Shown in pieces: positions 1-10,219 of a stretch of 64,000 nucleotides of DNA (positions within the stretch are counted from its first letter, which is position 1; the number at the start of each line of letters is the position of its first letter). This stretch comes from Bacteroidota bacterium (lineage in GTDB: Bacteria; Bacteroidota; Bacteroidia; UKL13-3). The notes beneath the pieces are model-generated. The model made no database searches. It was not told where the DNA came from and saw nothing but the letters and a program-made list of their open reading frames with translations. A program made the position numbers and the translations under genes. Location: positions 21,061 to 85,060 of the forward strand of contig JAIYAT010000010.1 in the NCBI GenBank assembly GCA_027488905.1. Reading direction: 5' to 3'.

Positions 1-69
1 AAAGCCTCCATCATCCTTACGAACTATGTACCAACTGCCTGTAGATTTTACTACCTGTCCATGAATCAT
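1..69 (-). CDS. rsgA: Ribosome small subunit-dependent GTPase A, N-terminus (runs off window start)
   Basis: Minus-strand ATG at 69 reads MIHGQVVKSTGSWYIVRKDDGGF, matching the G-V-KSTGSWY N-terminus of Bacteroidota RsgA; not in the ORF track. Confidence 0.75.
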   Translation of the reverse strand, partial: MIHGQVVKSTGSWYIVRKDDGGF

Positions 70-178
70 GTTGCAATATATTAAAACTACTTTCACAAAA
101 ATTATATATTTTGCAACGGTTTGCATGCTATTCAAGCAATGGGTAATATTATTTTTTGAATATTCTAGTTTTTTCATA

Positions 179-604
179 ATGATGAAGGCATATACAAAAA
201 TGGTTGGCGATTTATTTCATTATGGACATGTAAATTTGTTTAAGCAAGTTAAAAGCTTTGCAGATTACTTAGTGGTTCAAGTAGTTGAAGATGCTAGGGT
301 ACAAGCCTATAAAAGAAAACCTATCCTAACACAACAAGAAAGAATTCTGGTTATTGAAGCTTGCAAGTTTGTAGATGAAGTTACTGCTTTTGGGCCCAAG
401 GAAATTTCTTTAGCATTTATGAAGGCGAATGGATTTGATTATTATGCCTACTCCTTTAGTTCAGAAAAGGAGCGAATAGTTAAACGAGCCGACTGTATAG
501 GTTTGCCTGAAAAGATGATTTTGGAACTGCCTTATACTTTTGGGATTTCAACCACTGAAATCATACAAAGGGTGTTGGATTATCATCGTGAAAAATTATC
601 CTAA
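179..604 (+). CDS. Cytidylyltransferase-like protein (TagD/Pcyt family)
   Basis: GDLFHYGH (HxGH) motif, KRKPI...ER, terminal GISTTEII; start moved to MMKAY because the longer ORF overlaps rsgA. Confidence 0.85.
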   Translation: MMKAYTKMVGDLFHYGHVNLFKQVKSFADYLVVQVVEDARVQAYKRKPILTQQERILVIEACKFVDEVTAFGPKEISLAFMKANGFDYYAYSFSSEKERIVKRADCIGLPEKMILELPYTFGISTTEIIQRVLDYHREKLS

Positions 605-623
605 CTTAAAGGCAAATCTTTAA

Positions 624-1286
624 ATGACTGAGATAAACTTTAAAGCAATTCTAAATAATTACAGAAAGCTACTTAATTGTTCTGATATAAAACAGTTTTT
701 GGGTAACAAAGGTGAGTTATGTTTAGCTACTGAAAAAATTCCAACTCAAGTTATTGAACAATTATATCATGAAGGCCATTTGTTTTTTGCAGAGAAATTT
801 GGGAATGAGTTACATGATAAGCGTCTTAATTTAGAACATTTGTCTGCTATACGTTTTAATTATTTTGGGGCTATTCAGACCAATAAGCTTAAAAAAGTCT
901 TGAATACCTGTGAGGTAATAGAAAGCATTTCAAATGAGCGTCATGCGAATAAGATAGCGGAGTTATTGGTTGGTTTGAACCAATACCCTCGTTGTTATGT
1001 GCAAGTGAATACAGGTAGAGAGCCTCAAAAGAATGGTGTTTTGCCAGAAAATGCGATGGCTTTAATCCAGTATTGTAAAGATTTGAAATTGCCTTTAGAC
1101 GGTTTGATGTGCATTCCACCGCGCGCAAAAGAGGCTAAAGAAGATTATCACTTCCTTCGAAAATTAGCTGACGATTATCGTTTGGAGCATTGTCAAATGG
1201 GTTTTTCCCATGATTATCAAATAGCAATTAATGCAGGCGCAACAGCCATTCGTATTGGTAGTTTAGTTTTTGGGAAACGGGCATGA
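624..1286 (+). CDS. YggS/PLPBP family PLP-binding protein (divergent)
   Basis: GAIQTNK, VQVNTGREPQKNG, GLMCIP, MGFSHDYQIAINAGATAIRIGSLVFG motifs. Confidence 0.85.
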   Translation: MTEINFKAILNNYRKLLNCSDIKQFLGNKGELCLATEKIPTQVIEQLYHEGHLFFAEKFGNELHDKRLNLEHLSAIRFNYFGAIQTNKLKKVLNTCEVIESISNERHANKIAELLVGLNQYPRCYVQVNTGREPQKNGVLPENAMALIQYCKDLKLPLDGLMCIPPRAKEAKEDYHFLRKLADDYRLEHCQMGFSHDYQIAINAGATAIRIGSLVFGKRA

Positions 1287-2236
1287 ATTATTTAAAAATA
1301 GCATATGGAATTCTCTTGAATGGTTTATCTTTTTTGCTTTCCATTTTTTTGTTATTTCGTTTCCCTATAAAATGGTTTGTATACATCTTGCCTAGTGCTA
1401 AAGAACCATCACTTGCAGCAAGGTTTCGATTTGCCTTGTTTATAAAAACTTGTGCGGCCTTTTCAAAACTTAATCAGAATTCTATATTAATAGAACTTTT
1501 ACTAGTTGCCATTAATGATTTTCCGCGTTGGCGCACTATTCATAAGTTTGGTGCAACCCAAAATAAAAAGCCAAAGTTTTTGCTTGACCCAAGCCTAAAG
1601 CTAAAGGTATTTAACGAGGCCTATACCATTTTTGAAGAGATTGGTTCAAGGCCATTTATTTGCTTTGGTTTACTTTTGGGCCATGTGCGCGAAAATGGCT
1701 TTATGAAACATGACCTAGACCTTGATTTTGGGTTTTTTTATGAAGCTGGTTTGGTCGAGAAATGCAAAGTGGCTATGGATAAGGCCAATTATAAAATTGA
1801 GATTTTTGAACCCTCACCTTGGCCTTGTAGAATTGTTGCTCTGCATAAACCAAGTGGAATCAGGTTAGACTTAGTGTTTTTTAAGCAAGAGCAGGATGTG
1901 TTTTTAACTTATACAAGGTATAAAAATCATTTGTTGATTAGGAAAAGAAAACCTTTTGAATTAGTAGAAACCAATTTCGCCAATAGATCAGTTTTAATGC
2001 CTAATTCTCCTGAACTTTTTTTGGTAGAAAACTACGGCAATTGGAAAGAAAAATCAGAGTACCACCATTGGATAGTTACTTCTCCATTAACAGATTTTTC
2101 TGAGCCTATTTTACAACCTTTATTGTTGAGCGCTATTTTTAATAACCTTTATTATCATCAATTTAAAAGCGCTAGGCAGCTTATAGATAGATGGAATAGC
2201 GCTAGGCCAAACGATAAGTTGGATTTTAGTGTTTAA
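1283..2236 (+). CDS. LicD-like nucleotidyltransferase-fold phosphotransferase
   Basis: FGLLLGHVRENGFMKHDLDLDFG (GTLLG..R..G.I.WD.D.D type motif) and L...YGNW. Confidence 0.75.
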   Translation: MNYLKIAYGILLNGLSFLLSIFLLFRFPIKWFVYILPSAKEPSLAARFRFALFIKTCAAFSKLNQNSILIELLLVAINDFPRWRTIHKFGATQNKKPKFLLDPSLKLKVFNEAYTIFEEIGSRPFICFGLLLGHVRENGFMKHDLDLDFGFFYEAGLVEKCKVAMDKANYKIEIFEPSPWPCRIVALHKPSGIRLDLVFFKQEQDVFLTYTRYKNHLLIRKRKPFELVETNFANRSVLMPNSPELFLVENYGNWKEKSEYHHWIVTSPLTDFSEPILQPLLLSAIFNNLYYHQFKSARQLIDRWNSARPNDKLDFSV

Positions 2237-2243
2237 TTTGTAA

Positions 2244-3938
2244 ATGGAATTTCGTGCCCAACTTAAAGAGGTAGCCAATGATTTTACTTTTTTCTTTAGC
2301 CGATTAGGCAAGAGTTACCTTTTACTTTTTATGTTCACGTTAATGAGTGGCCTAGCAGATGGCTTAGGAATCGCAGTACTCATACCACTCTTTAAATTTA
2401 TCTTAGAGGGCAATGGCTTTTTGCAAATTTACCCTACTACTTGGTCATGGTTGCCAGCCCAGCTTGCAAGTAAGTTTTCGGTTGAGGGTATCTCACTAAG
2501 AATGGATACTTTGTTAGGATTGGTTTTTGCATTGTTTGCCATAAAGGGCTTGTTCAATTTTAAGGGAACAAAGTATTTGCTAAACATACGGCATCGCTTT
2601 ATGAGTGGTTTGCGTGGCGAATTAATCAAGCATGTTTGCAGATTACCTTATGCAAGTTTTGTGGGTATGCAAGCCGGTAAAATAGAAAGTTTAATGAACA
2701 TGGAAGCCTCCAGAGCCACCATGGCTTTTAGAACGTTTAATGAAGCACTAAATTATTTTGTATTAGCTATTTTATATATCGTCTTAGCCACTTTTTCAGA
2801 TTATAGAATTTCAATTTTCTTGGTTGTTTCAGGTTTGTTGACTGTATTGGTGTATCGGCATTTGTTTAGGTTAACAAAGCGGTTTTCTTTAGACATTTCA
2901 ACATCCAATCATGGTTTGGCCTTTAAGCTAAATGCTTTGTTGCAACACTTTAAATACCTTAAGGCCAGTGGCCGCTTGTTTCAGTTCGAAAGGGAAGTGC
3001 TAAAGGCAGGCTCGCTTATAGAAAAAAAAGAACAATTATTGGGCAAGTATGCGGCTATTTCTGGTGCTATAAAAGAGCCACTAATTATATTAATTGTTTC
3101 TGCCTTGTTGCTTACAAACTTTCACTATTTTAAAGGAAATGGAAGTTTTGCCTTTTTTAGTTTACTTATGTTTCATAGGGCTTTTACTCATTTGTTGCAG
3201 TTTCAATCGCAATGGAACATTTACTTAAATTTTGCAGGTTCAATTCATCAAATAAGAATGTTTAATGAGGCAGCAAAGGAAGAGGTGTTTCCAGAAACTT
3301 CTAAGCAGTTTCGGTTTGAGAATCGACTTGAAATTAATAATCTTAGTTTAAAATTAAAGCAACATGAGGTATTCAATGCCTTTCAGTTAAGGATTGAAAA
3401 AGGAAGCTTTGTGCTTATCAAAGGTGCTAGTGGCAAAGGCAAAACTACCTTGTTAAATTTACTGGCGCGTTTATATTCACCTGATTCAGGAACCATCATG
3501 CTTGATGGCATCAACATCACTTCATTTGACATCGATAGTTATCGCCAAAAGGTAGCTTATATTACACAAGAAAATGTGGTTTTTGAAGATACCTTATTTA
3601 ACAATATTAGTTTTTGGGATGAGCCAAATCTAGAAAATATTCAACGCTATACACAAGCAATAGAGCAAGCCGGATTAACAGAATTAATGGCCTTGGGGGA
3701 AGTTAAATTTAAAAAGGAATCTGTGAGTGTTGGGCAGGCGCAGCGCATTGCCATTGCTAGAGAATTATATAAAGATGCCGAAATTCTTTTAATGGATGAA
3801 ATCACATCTTCACTTGATGATGCCAATGAGCAAATTATTTTAGAAACACTTGCGCAATTAAAAGGCGCTAAAACCATTATTATGGTGTCACACAAGGATA
3901 GTGTTTTGCCATTGGCAGATGTTGTTATTGAGATTTAG
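2244..3938 (+). CDS. ABC transporter, fused permease/ATPase (MsbA/PglK-like exporter)
   Basis: N-terminal TM helices, Walker A GASGKGKT, signature SVGQAQR, Walker B ILLMDE. Confidence 0.9.
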   Translation: MEFRAQLKEVANDFTFFFSRLGKSYLLLFMFTLMSGLADGLGIAVLIPLFKFILEGNGFLQIYPTTWSWLPAQLASKFSVEGISLRMDTLLGLVFALFAIKGLFNFKGTKYLLNIRHRFMSGLRGELIKHVCRLPYASFVGMQAGKIESLMNMEASRATMAFRTFNEALNYFVLAILYIVLATFSDYRISIFLVVSGLLTVLVYRHLFRLTKRFSLDISTSNHGLAFKLNALLQHFKYLKASGRLFQFEREVLKAGSLIEKKEQLLGKYAAISGAIKEPLIILIVSALLLTNFHYFKGNGSFAFFSLLMFHRAFTHLLQFQSQWNIYLNFAGSIHQIRMFNEAAKEEVFPETSKQFRFENRLEINNLSLKLKQHEVFNAFQLRIEKGSFVLIKGASGKGKTTLLNLLARLYSPDSGTIMLDGINITSFDIDSYRQKVAYITQENVVFEDTLFNNISFWDEPNLENIQRYTQAIEQAGLTELMALGEVKFKKESVSVGQAQRIAIARELYKDAEILLMDEITSSLDDANEQIILETLAQLKGAKTIIMVSHKDSVLPLADVVIEI

Positions 3939-3969
3939 GTTTGAACCAAAACAGTAGATTTGAAATAGT

Positions 3970-4350
3970 TTAAATTGCTAGTTCTATCCATTTTGGTATA
4001 AATATTATTAGACCTATTGCAACAGCAATAATTGCGCTTAGCAAAACTGCAGCGGCAGATAAATCTTTTACTTTTTTTATCTTATCGTTCCATTGTGGGG
4101 AAACAAAATCGCATAGATTTTCAATGGCCGAATTAAATATCTCTGCTGAAAATACTAAGCCAATCGAAAATAAAATTGCCATCCATTCATTTATGTTTAA
4201 GCCGAAATAAATAGAAAGCATCAATACTATAATCCCTATTGCTGCATGTATTCTGGCATTGTGTTCTTCTTTAAATAATATTTTGAACCCATTGAATGCA
4301 TAAGTAAAGCTCTTAAGTCTTTTGGCAATGGAAAAGTTTTGTGATTTCAT
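3970..4350 (-). CDS. dgkA: Diacylglycerol/undecaprenol kinase family protein
   Basis: SFTYAFNG, EHNARIH, EIFNSAIENLCD, KDLSAAAVL. Confidence 0.9.
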   Translation of the reverse strand: MKSQNFSIAKRLKSFTYAFNGFKILFKEEHNARIHAAIGIIVLMLSIYFGLNINEWMAILFSIGLVFSAEIFNSAIENLCDFVSPQWNDKIKKVKDLSAAAVLLSAIIAVAIGLIIFIPKWIELAI

Positions 4351-4420
4351 ATTTTTCTATACTGGATTGAACCAAAATTTCTATTCTGCAATTCAATTCC
4401 AAAGATACTATCTTGCAAGT

Positions 4421-4786
4421 ATGAAAATTCGTATCAAAGGAAATTCAGTTCGTTACCGTTTAAGCAAGTCTGAAGTTGCTAACTTTGGCGAAGTTGGCGC
4501 GTTAACAGAAACTACAGAAACATTAGGTGAAACCTTCTGTTACCAATTGCTTCGTGCGCCAGTTGAAACTTTAACAGTGCATTTTCATCAAAATACCTTG
4601 ACGTTTTCCGTACCGCTAGCCATCGCTCAAACGTGGGTTCAAACCGAAGAAATAGGATATAGCCACAAATTGCAATTGCCCAATGGAACTGAGGTTTACT
4701 TGCTTTTAGAAAAAGACTTTGTTTGCATCGACAATACCTTTGAAGATCAAAGTGATAATTATCCAAATCCCAATGCTGCCTGTTAA
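4421..4786 (+). CDS. Conserved hypothetical protein upstream of the FdhF/YdeP oxidoreductase
   Basis: MKIRIKGNSVRYRL...LLEKDFVC...YPNP; likely start at ATG 4421. Confidence 0.7.
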   Translation: MKIRIKGNSVRYRLSKSEVANFGEVGALTETTETLGETFCYQLLRAPVETLTVHFHQNTLTFSVPLAIAQTWVQTEEIGYSHKLQLPNGTEVYLLLEKDFVCIDNTFEDQSDNYPNPNAAC

Positions 4787-4796
4787 TCACTAATTC

Positions 4797-7103
4797 ATGA
4801 AAGAAAAGGACTCACCTAACATCCATGCAGAAAACCCTGAAGCGTTACTAAATCTTAAATTGGTAGCGCCTAAAACGGCTGCAGCGGGTTTGCCAGCAGT
4901 AGCCATTGCCATGAAGCATGTGCTAAGTGAAATGGGTCCAATACGTGGAACTAAAGCCTTGCTAAAGCTCAACCAGAAAGACGGTTTTGATTGCCCTGGA
5001 TGCGCATGGCCAGATCCTGATGATGAGCGTTCAGGAATTGCCGAGTATTGCGAGAATGGGGCTAAAGCCATCGCCGAGGAAGCCACTAGCAAGCGCCTCG
5101 ATGAACATTTCTTTGCCCAGAATTCTGTTTACGACCTTTCTTTGCTTAATGATTATGAAATTGGGAAGAAGGGTAGGGTTGCTCAACCGATGTATTTGGC
5201 CGAAAATGCTACCCATTATCAAGCGGTAACTTGGGATTTTGCTTACCAAAAAATGGCTGCGCATTTGCAAAATTTGCAAACCCCAGACGAAGCTGTTTTT
5301 TATACTTCTGGTCGTACCAGCAATGAAGCAGCCTTTTTATATCAATTATTTGTTAGGGCATTTGGTACCAACAACTTGCCTGATTGCTCAAACATGTGTC
5401 ATGAAAGCAGTGGGGTGGCACTTAATGAAAGTTTAGGCATTGGCAAAGGCTCGGTAACCTTAGAAGATTTTTATGAAGCAGAGGTAATAATCATTTTGGG
5501 GCAAAACCCTGGCACCAATCATCCACGCATGCTCACAGCATTACAAAAAGCAAGCGAAAATGGCTGCACCATTATTTCTGTTAATCCATTGCCCGAAACA
5601 GGTTTGATAGCCTTTTCAAATCCGCAAACCATTAAAGGCGCATTGGGAATCAAAGCCAAACTTACCAATATCTTTTTGCAGGTTAAAATTAACAGCGACT
5701 TAGCCTTGGTTCAAGCCATAGAGAAGAGATTGCTGCTAGAAGAGGCATTGGCACCTGGAGCGGTTCTAGATGCCCAGTTTATTGCCGAACAAACCAATGG
5801 ATTTTCAGATTTTGAAAAGCATATTTCTGCACAATCAATTGAAGCTCTTTTAACACAATGTGGCATAAGTGAGGCACAATTAGAGGAAGTTATCAATGCA
5901 ATAAAGTTTAAGAAAAAAATAATTGCTTGCTGGGCAATGGGTTTAACCCAACATAAAAATGCAGTAGATACCATTAAAGAAGTGGTAAACTTATTGCTCA
6001 TGAAAGGCAGCATTGGCAAGCCAGGCGCAGGTACTTGCCCTGTGCGCGGACACAGCAATGTGCAAGGCGATAGAACCATGGGCATTTACGAAAAGCCTTC
6101 TGAAGCATTTTTACAGCGAATAGATAATCATTATCATTTTGCCACACCCAAACACCATGGTTATGATGTGGTAGACGCCATTCATGCTATGTACCAAAAG
6201 AAGGCAAAAGTATTTATAGCCATGGGCGGTAATTTTTTAAGCGCAACGCCAGACACTACTTATACTGCCGAAGCCCTACAAAATTGTAGCCTAACTGTGC
6301 AGGTTTCTACAAAGTTAAATCGCAGCCACCTCATTACTGGAAAAGAAGCTTTGATTTTGCCTACTTATGGTCGCAGTGATAAAGACATTGTTGAAGGTGT
6401 GGAGCAGTTTATAAGCTGCGAAAACTCTATGGGTGTTGTGCAAATGAGCAAAGGAAATCTTAATCCAATTAGCAATAACTTGCGCAGTGAATCTGTCATC
6501 GTTTGTGAGCTTGCTCAGGCTGTTTTAGGAGATAAATTTGGTATTCCTTGGCATAGATATAGCCAGAATTATGATGAGATAAGAGCAGCCATTGAGGCTT
6601 GCATCCCAGGGTTTGATAATTACAATGAGCGTGTGAGAAAACCGGGCGGATTTTATTTGCCCAATAGTGCAAGAGAAAATAAATACCCAACCTTAACAGG
6701 CAAGGCAAATTTTAATATCGGTAGGGTTGAACCAAACAACTTAGCGCCTTATGAATTGATGATGATGACGATTAGGAGTCATGACCAATTTAATACCACT
6801 ATTTATGGATTAGATGACCGCTATCGCGGGGTTTTAAACGAACGCAGGGTTATCTTTATGAATGAAGAAGATATTAAGGTTAGAGGGCTTAGCAAAGGGG
6901 ATAAGGTAGACTTGTTTAATTATTATGATGGCATAGAGCGAGTGGGGCGCAACTTTATTGTGGTGCCATTTTCTATCCCAAAACAATGCACGGCAACCTA
7001 TTTCCCAGAGGCAAATGTATTAGTGCCCATAGGCAGTGTAGCGGCAAAAAGTAATACGCCCACTAGCAAATATGTGGTAATAGAAGTTAAGCCTGCAGTT
7101 TAA
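4797..7103 (+). CDS. FdhF/YdeP family molybdopterin oxidoreductase
   Basis: GFDCPGCAWPD, CENGAKA, FYTSGRTSNEAA, NNLPDCSNMCHE, RGHSNVQG, RSHDQFNTTIYG. Confidence 0.95.
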   Translation: MKEKDSPNIHAENPEALLNLKLVAPKTAAAGLPAVAIAMKHVLSEMGPIRGTKALLKLNQKDGFDCPGCAWPDPDDERSGIAEYCENGAKAIAEEATSKRLDEHFFAQNSVYDLSLLNDYEIGKKGRVAQPMYLAENATHYQAVTWDFAYQKMAAHLQNLQTPDEAVFYTSGRTSNEAAFLYQLFVRAFGTNNLPDCSNMCHESSGVALNESLGIGKGSVTLEDFYEAEVIIILGQNPGTNHPRMLTALQKASENGCTIISVNPLPETGLIAFSNPQTIKGALGIKAKLTNIFLQVKINSDLALVQAIEKRLLLEEALAPGAVLDAQFIAEQTNGFSDFEKHISAQSIEALLTQCGISEAQLEEVINAIKFKKKIIACWAMGLTQHKNAVDTIKEVVNLLLMKGSIGKPGAGTCPVRGHSNVQGDRTMGIYEKPSEAFLQRIDNHYHFATPKHHGYDVVDAIHAMYQKKAKVFIAMGGNFLSATPDTTYTAEALQNCSLTVQVSTKLNRSHLITGKEALILPTYGRSDKDIVEGVEQFISCENSMGVVQMSKGNLNPISNNLRSESVIVCELAQAVLGDKFGIPWHRYSQNYDEIRAAIEACIPGFDNYNERVRKPGGFYLPNSARENKYPTLTGKANFNIGRVEPNNLAPYELMMMTIRSHDQFNTTIYGLDDRYRGVLNERRVIFMNEEDIKVRGLSKGDKVDLFNYYDGIERVGRNFIVVPFSIPKQCTATYFPEANVLVPIGSVAAKSNTPTSKYVVIEVKPAV

Positions 7104-7998
7104 AACCTCTTAAAAATTCTTCAATACGCATTCTCTTTTTAGATTCTTGTTGCACTTCAAGTAGGCTAATCCAACCATTGCTGCAAGCTATATGCAGATA
7201 AGATTTCCCATCTGTATCAATGCTGCCAATTTTTTGTTGGTGTGTTTGAGCCGAAAAGTTTGCGCTAAATACTTTTACAGTTTTATCTTGAACATGAGTA
7301 AAGGCTGCAGGATAGGGGCTCATGCCTCTAATTAGGTTATATATGTTTTCACCTGTTTGCTCCCATTTAATTTCGCATTGTGATTTAAAGATTTTGGGTG
7401 CAATTTTAGTAGAATCATTTCCTTGAGGGGTGCCAATTGTTTTCCCTTCTTCAATTAGTTTTAAAGAAGCAACAATAGTTTTAGCGCCTAGTTCCATCAA
7501 AGTGTCATGCAATTCGCCTGCATTGGTAGTTGGTAGAATTGGCGTTTTCGCTTTAAGTAAAATATCTCCAGTATCAATTTCATGTTTCAAGAAAAAGGTA
7601 CAAACACCACTTTCTATTTCACCATTAATAATAGCCCAATTTATGGGCGCTGCTCCTCGGTAATCAGGCAACAAAGAGGCATGTAAATTAATGGTTCCCA
7701 ATTTTGGCATTTGCCAAACAATCTCGGGCAACATTCTAAAAGCAATAACCACTTGTAAATCTGCTTTGAGCGCCTGTAATTCTTCAATAAACGAAGGGTC
7801 TTTTAATCGAACAGGCTGTAAAACGGTTAAGCCTTTAGATACCGCAAATTGCTTTACGGGAGATTGTTGCAGTTGCATGCCTCTTCCAGCAGGTTTATCG
7901 GGTACAGTAACAACACCCACCACATTATAGCCCGCAGCCACAATAGCAGCCAAGCTTGCCACAGCAAAGTCTGGAGTTCCTAAAAAAACAATTCGCAT
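7087..7998 (-). CDS. fmt: Methionyl-tRNA formyltransferase
   Basis: MRIVFLGTPDFA, PDKPAGRG, INLHASLLPDYRGAAPINWA. Confidence 0.97.
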   Translation of the reverse strand: MRIVFLGTPDFAVASLAAIVAAGYNVVGVVTVPDKPAGRGMQLQQSPVKQFAVSKGLTVLQPVRLKDPSFIEELQALKADLQVVIAFRMLPEIVWQMPKLGTINLHASLLPDYRGAAPINWAIINGEIESGVCTFFLKHEIDTGDILLKAKTPILPTTNAGELHDTLMELGAKTIVASLKLIEEGKTIGTPQGNDSTKIAPKIFKSQCEIKWEQTGENIYNLIRGMSPYPAAFTHVQDKTVKVFSANFSAQTHQQKIGSIDTDGKSYLHIACSNGWISLLEVQQESKKRMRIEEFLRGFKLQA

Positions 7999-8000
7999 GT

Positions 8001-10148
8001 TTATACTCCCATTTCGCTTAATAGATAATCTGCTTTGGCTACTTTTTTAATTACCCAAAGCACATATCTAATATCCACTGCAACCGATCGACTATAAGCT
8101 TCGTTCCAAGCATAATCGTTGATGGTGGCAGTATAGGCACGGTCAAAATTCACACCCACTAAATTTCCATCTGCATCCATAACTGGCGAGCCGCTATTGC
8201 CACCTGTAGTATCTAAGTTATAAAGGAAGTTAATTGGCAAATCGTTTAGTTCTGGATGCATGTACGGACCTAAATCCTTTGCAGCATATAATTCTTTTAC
8301 AACTGCTAATAACTCATACTCTTTGCCATCTTCTTTTTCAATAACACCTCTCAAGGTAGTAAACGGAGCATTGTATTCGCCATCATTAGGGAAATAGCCT
8401 CTTATGTAGCCATAAGTAAATCGTAAGGTAGCATTGGCATCTGGAATAAACTGTTTTTGTTTAAAGGCGCTTTTTGCATCAGCATATCTGCCAAGCAATG
8501 CATTTAAAGTGCCTTCGCGGGCTTTGTCAACTGCATCTGCATCATTAATTTCTTTGTTAAGTGGATTGGCAAAGGCTTTAAGTGGGTCTTTTAATGCAAA
8601 AATATCTCCACTGCTATCTGCTAATGCCTTGAGCATATACTCTTTTTGATTAAGTTTTGTTTTGCTAAACCAACTTTCAATTTCTTTTTGACGAGCGGCT
8701 TCTGTTGGAAATTTCTTTGCAAATTGTTGAATGGCTCTTACTTCATTTTTGCCTTCTAAGGCTAAGGCATCATTCATAAGTTTAAGTAAAGCATCTTTTT
8801 CAAATGCTGGGTCCATGCTACTTGCAATTCTGATGTACAAAGATTTTAAATTAGGAATTTGTTTTTTTAGAAAGGCAGCCTTTTCTGTTTTGTTTAAGGT
8901 TTTATACTGTGCTTCGTAATTATCTATAGCTGCTGCCATTTGTAGGGTTGGCGACACATTGTAAATAAAATCAAAAAACAAGTTTCTTGGTGCTTCATTG
9001 ATAATGGGATCATACAGCTTATTGATATTTTCTACCACATCACCAAATTGTGCTTTTAGGGCTTTGTTAGACTGAATGTATGCATTCATTTCTGCCTCTT
9101 CATCCTTCTTCTTTTGGGTTAAACCAACCCTTCTAAAACCTTGCAATTTACCTTTATAGTTTTTTGTGGTATTAGCCAATTGCTTAATTTTACCAGCATA
9201 TCTAATTTGTAAGGATTCGTTGTTTTTACTTAATTCTTCCATTTTTGCAATTTGCCAGTCAAACAAATCGCTCACATATTTAAGCATACGAGTTTCGTGG
9301 TACTCGTAGAATGCTGCAGGTTGGTTGCGGAAAGTTCTACCCGGATAACCCAATACAAACACAAAATCATTTTCTTTTACGCCAGCCACGTTAATTTTTA
9401 AGAATTTCTTGGGCTTATAGGGAACATTGTTGGGGCTATATTCTGCAGGTGAGCCATCAGGTGCCACATATGCCCTAAGGAAGGCAAAATCGCCACTATG
9501 ACGCGGCCAAACCCAGTTGTCTTTTTCACCGCCATATTCGCCAATACTGCGAGCTGGCACATAAACCAAACGCACATCTTTTAGCAGTTGATACCTAAAC
9601 AAAACATAGGTTTTACCTGTAAACATTTCAGAAACTTCACATTGCAAACCAGGATTGGCTTTGTTTTCGCGCTCTGTAATTATTTTGATATTAGTGGCAA
9701 TGATGCGCAAGCGTTCGAGCGGTTCAGATGTACTTTGTGTGCCCATTAAAACATCACTGCTCACATCTTCGTAGCTAGCGGTAATCTTGCAAACGAGTCC
9801 TTTAGCCTGCGCTTCACCATTTTTATCTTTTGCTAAGAAGCCTTTCCCTATAAAATTATTGTTGGTGTCAGAAATGGCAGCTACAAAACCAAAGGCACAA
9901 TGGTGGTTAGTAACAATAAGTCCATCATTAGAAACAAAAGAACCAGTGCAACCGCCTACGCGCACAATGGCATCTATCTGGCTAATTCCACTTGGGTTAT
10001 ACAAGGCAATGGGGTCCATGCGCAAACCCGCTTTTTTTAAATCGAGGTTTCTTAATTCAGACAAAGGAAACATGCCTTCATCTGCTTTATGGTTTGTAAA
10101 AAATAACCAAGCCACGCAGGCTGCGAAAGTAAGTAGGAGTCGCTTCAT
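8001..10148 (-). CDS. S46 family dipeptidyl peptidase (DPP7/DPP11-like)
   Basis: ADEGMF, GGCTGSFVS..GL..TNHHC, NWVWPRH.GDF, DTTGGNSGSPV. Confidence 0.95.
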   Translation of the reverse strand: MKRLLLTFAACVAWLFFTNHKADEGMFPLSELRNLDLKKAGLRMDPIALYNPSGISQIDAIVRVGGCTGSFVSNDGLIVTNHHCAFGFVAAISDTNNNFIGKGFLAKDKNGEAQAKGLVCKITASYEDVSSDVLMGTQSTSEPLERLRIIATNIKIITERENKANPGLQCEVSEMFTGKTYVLFRYQLLKDVRLVYVPARSIGEYGGEKDNWVWPRHSGDFAFLRAYVAPDGSPAEYSPNNVPYKPKKFLKINVAGVKENDFVFVLGYPGRTFRNQPAAFYEYHETRMLKYVSDLFDWQIAKMEELSKNNESLQIRYAGKIKQLANTTKNYKGKLQGFRRVGLTQKKKDEEAEMNAYIQSNKALKAQFGDVVENINKLYDPIINEAPRNLFFDFIYNVSPTLQMAAAIDNYEAQYKTLNKTEKAAFLKKQIPNLKSLYIRIASSMDPAFEKDALLKLMNDALALEGKNEVRAIQQFAKKFPTEAARQKEIESWFSKTKLNQKEYMLKALADSSGDIFALKDPLKAFANPLNKEINDADAVDKAREGTLNALLGRYADAKSAFKQKQFIPDANATLRFTYGYIRGYFPNDGEYNAPFTTLRGVIEKEDGKEYELLAVVKELYAAKDLGPYMHPELNDLPINFLYNLDTTGGNSGSPVMDADGNLVGVNFDRAYTATINDYAWNEAYSRSVAVDIRYVLWVIKKVAKADYLLSEMGV

Positions 10149-10219
10149 GGAGGCGAAGATAACAAGAATTAGGTATTTTGAAATTGCTTCCTTTAAAGGG
10201 ATTCAATTTAGCAATTCGG

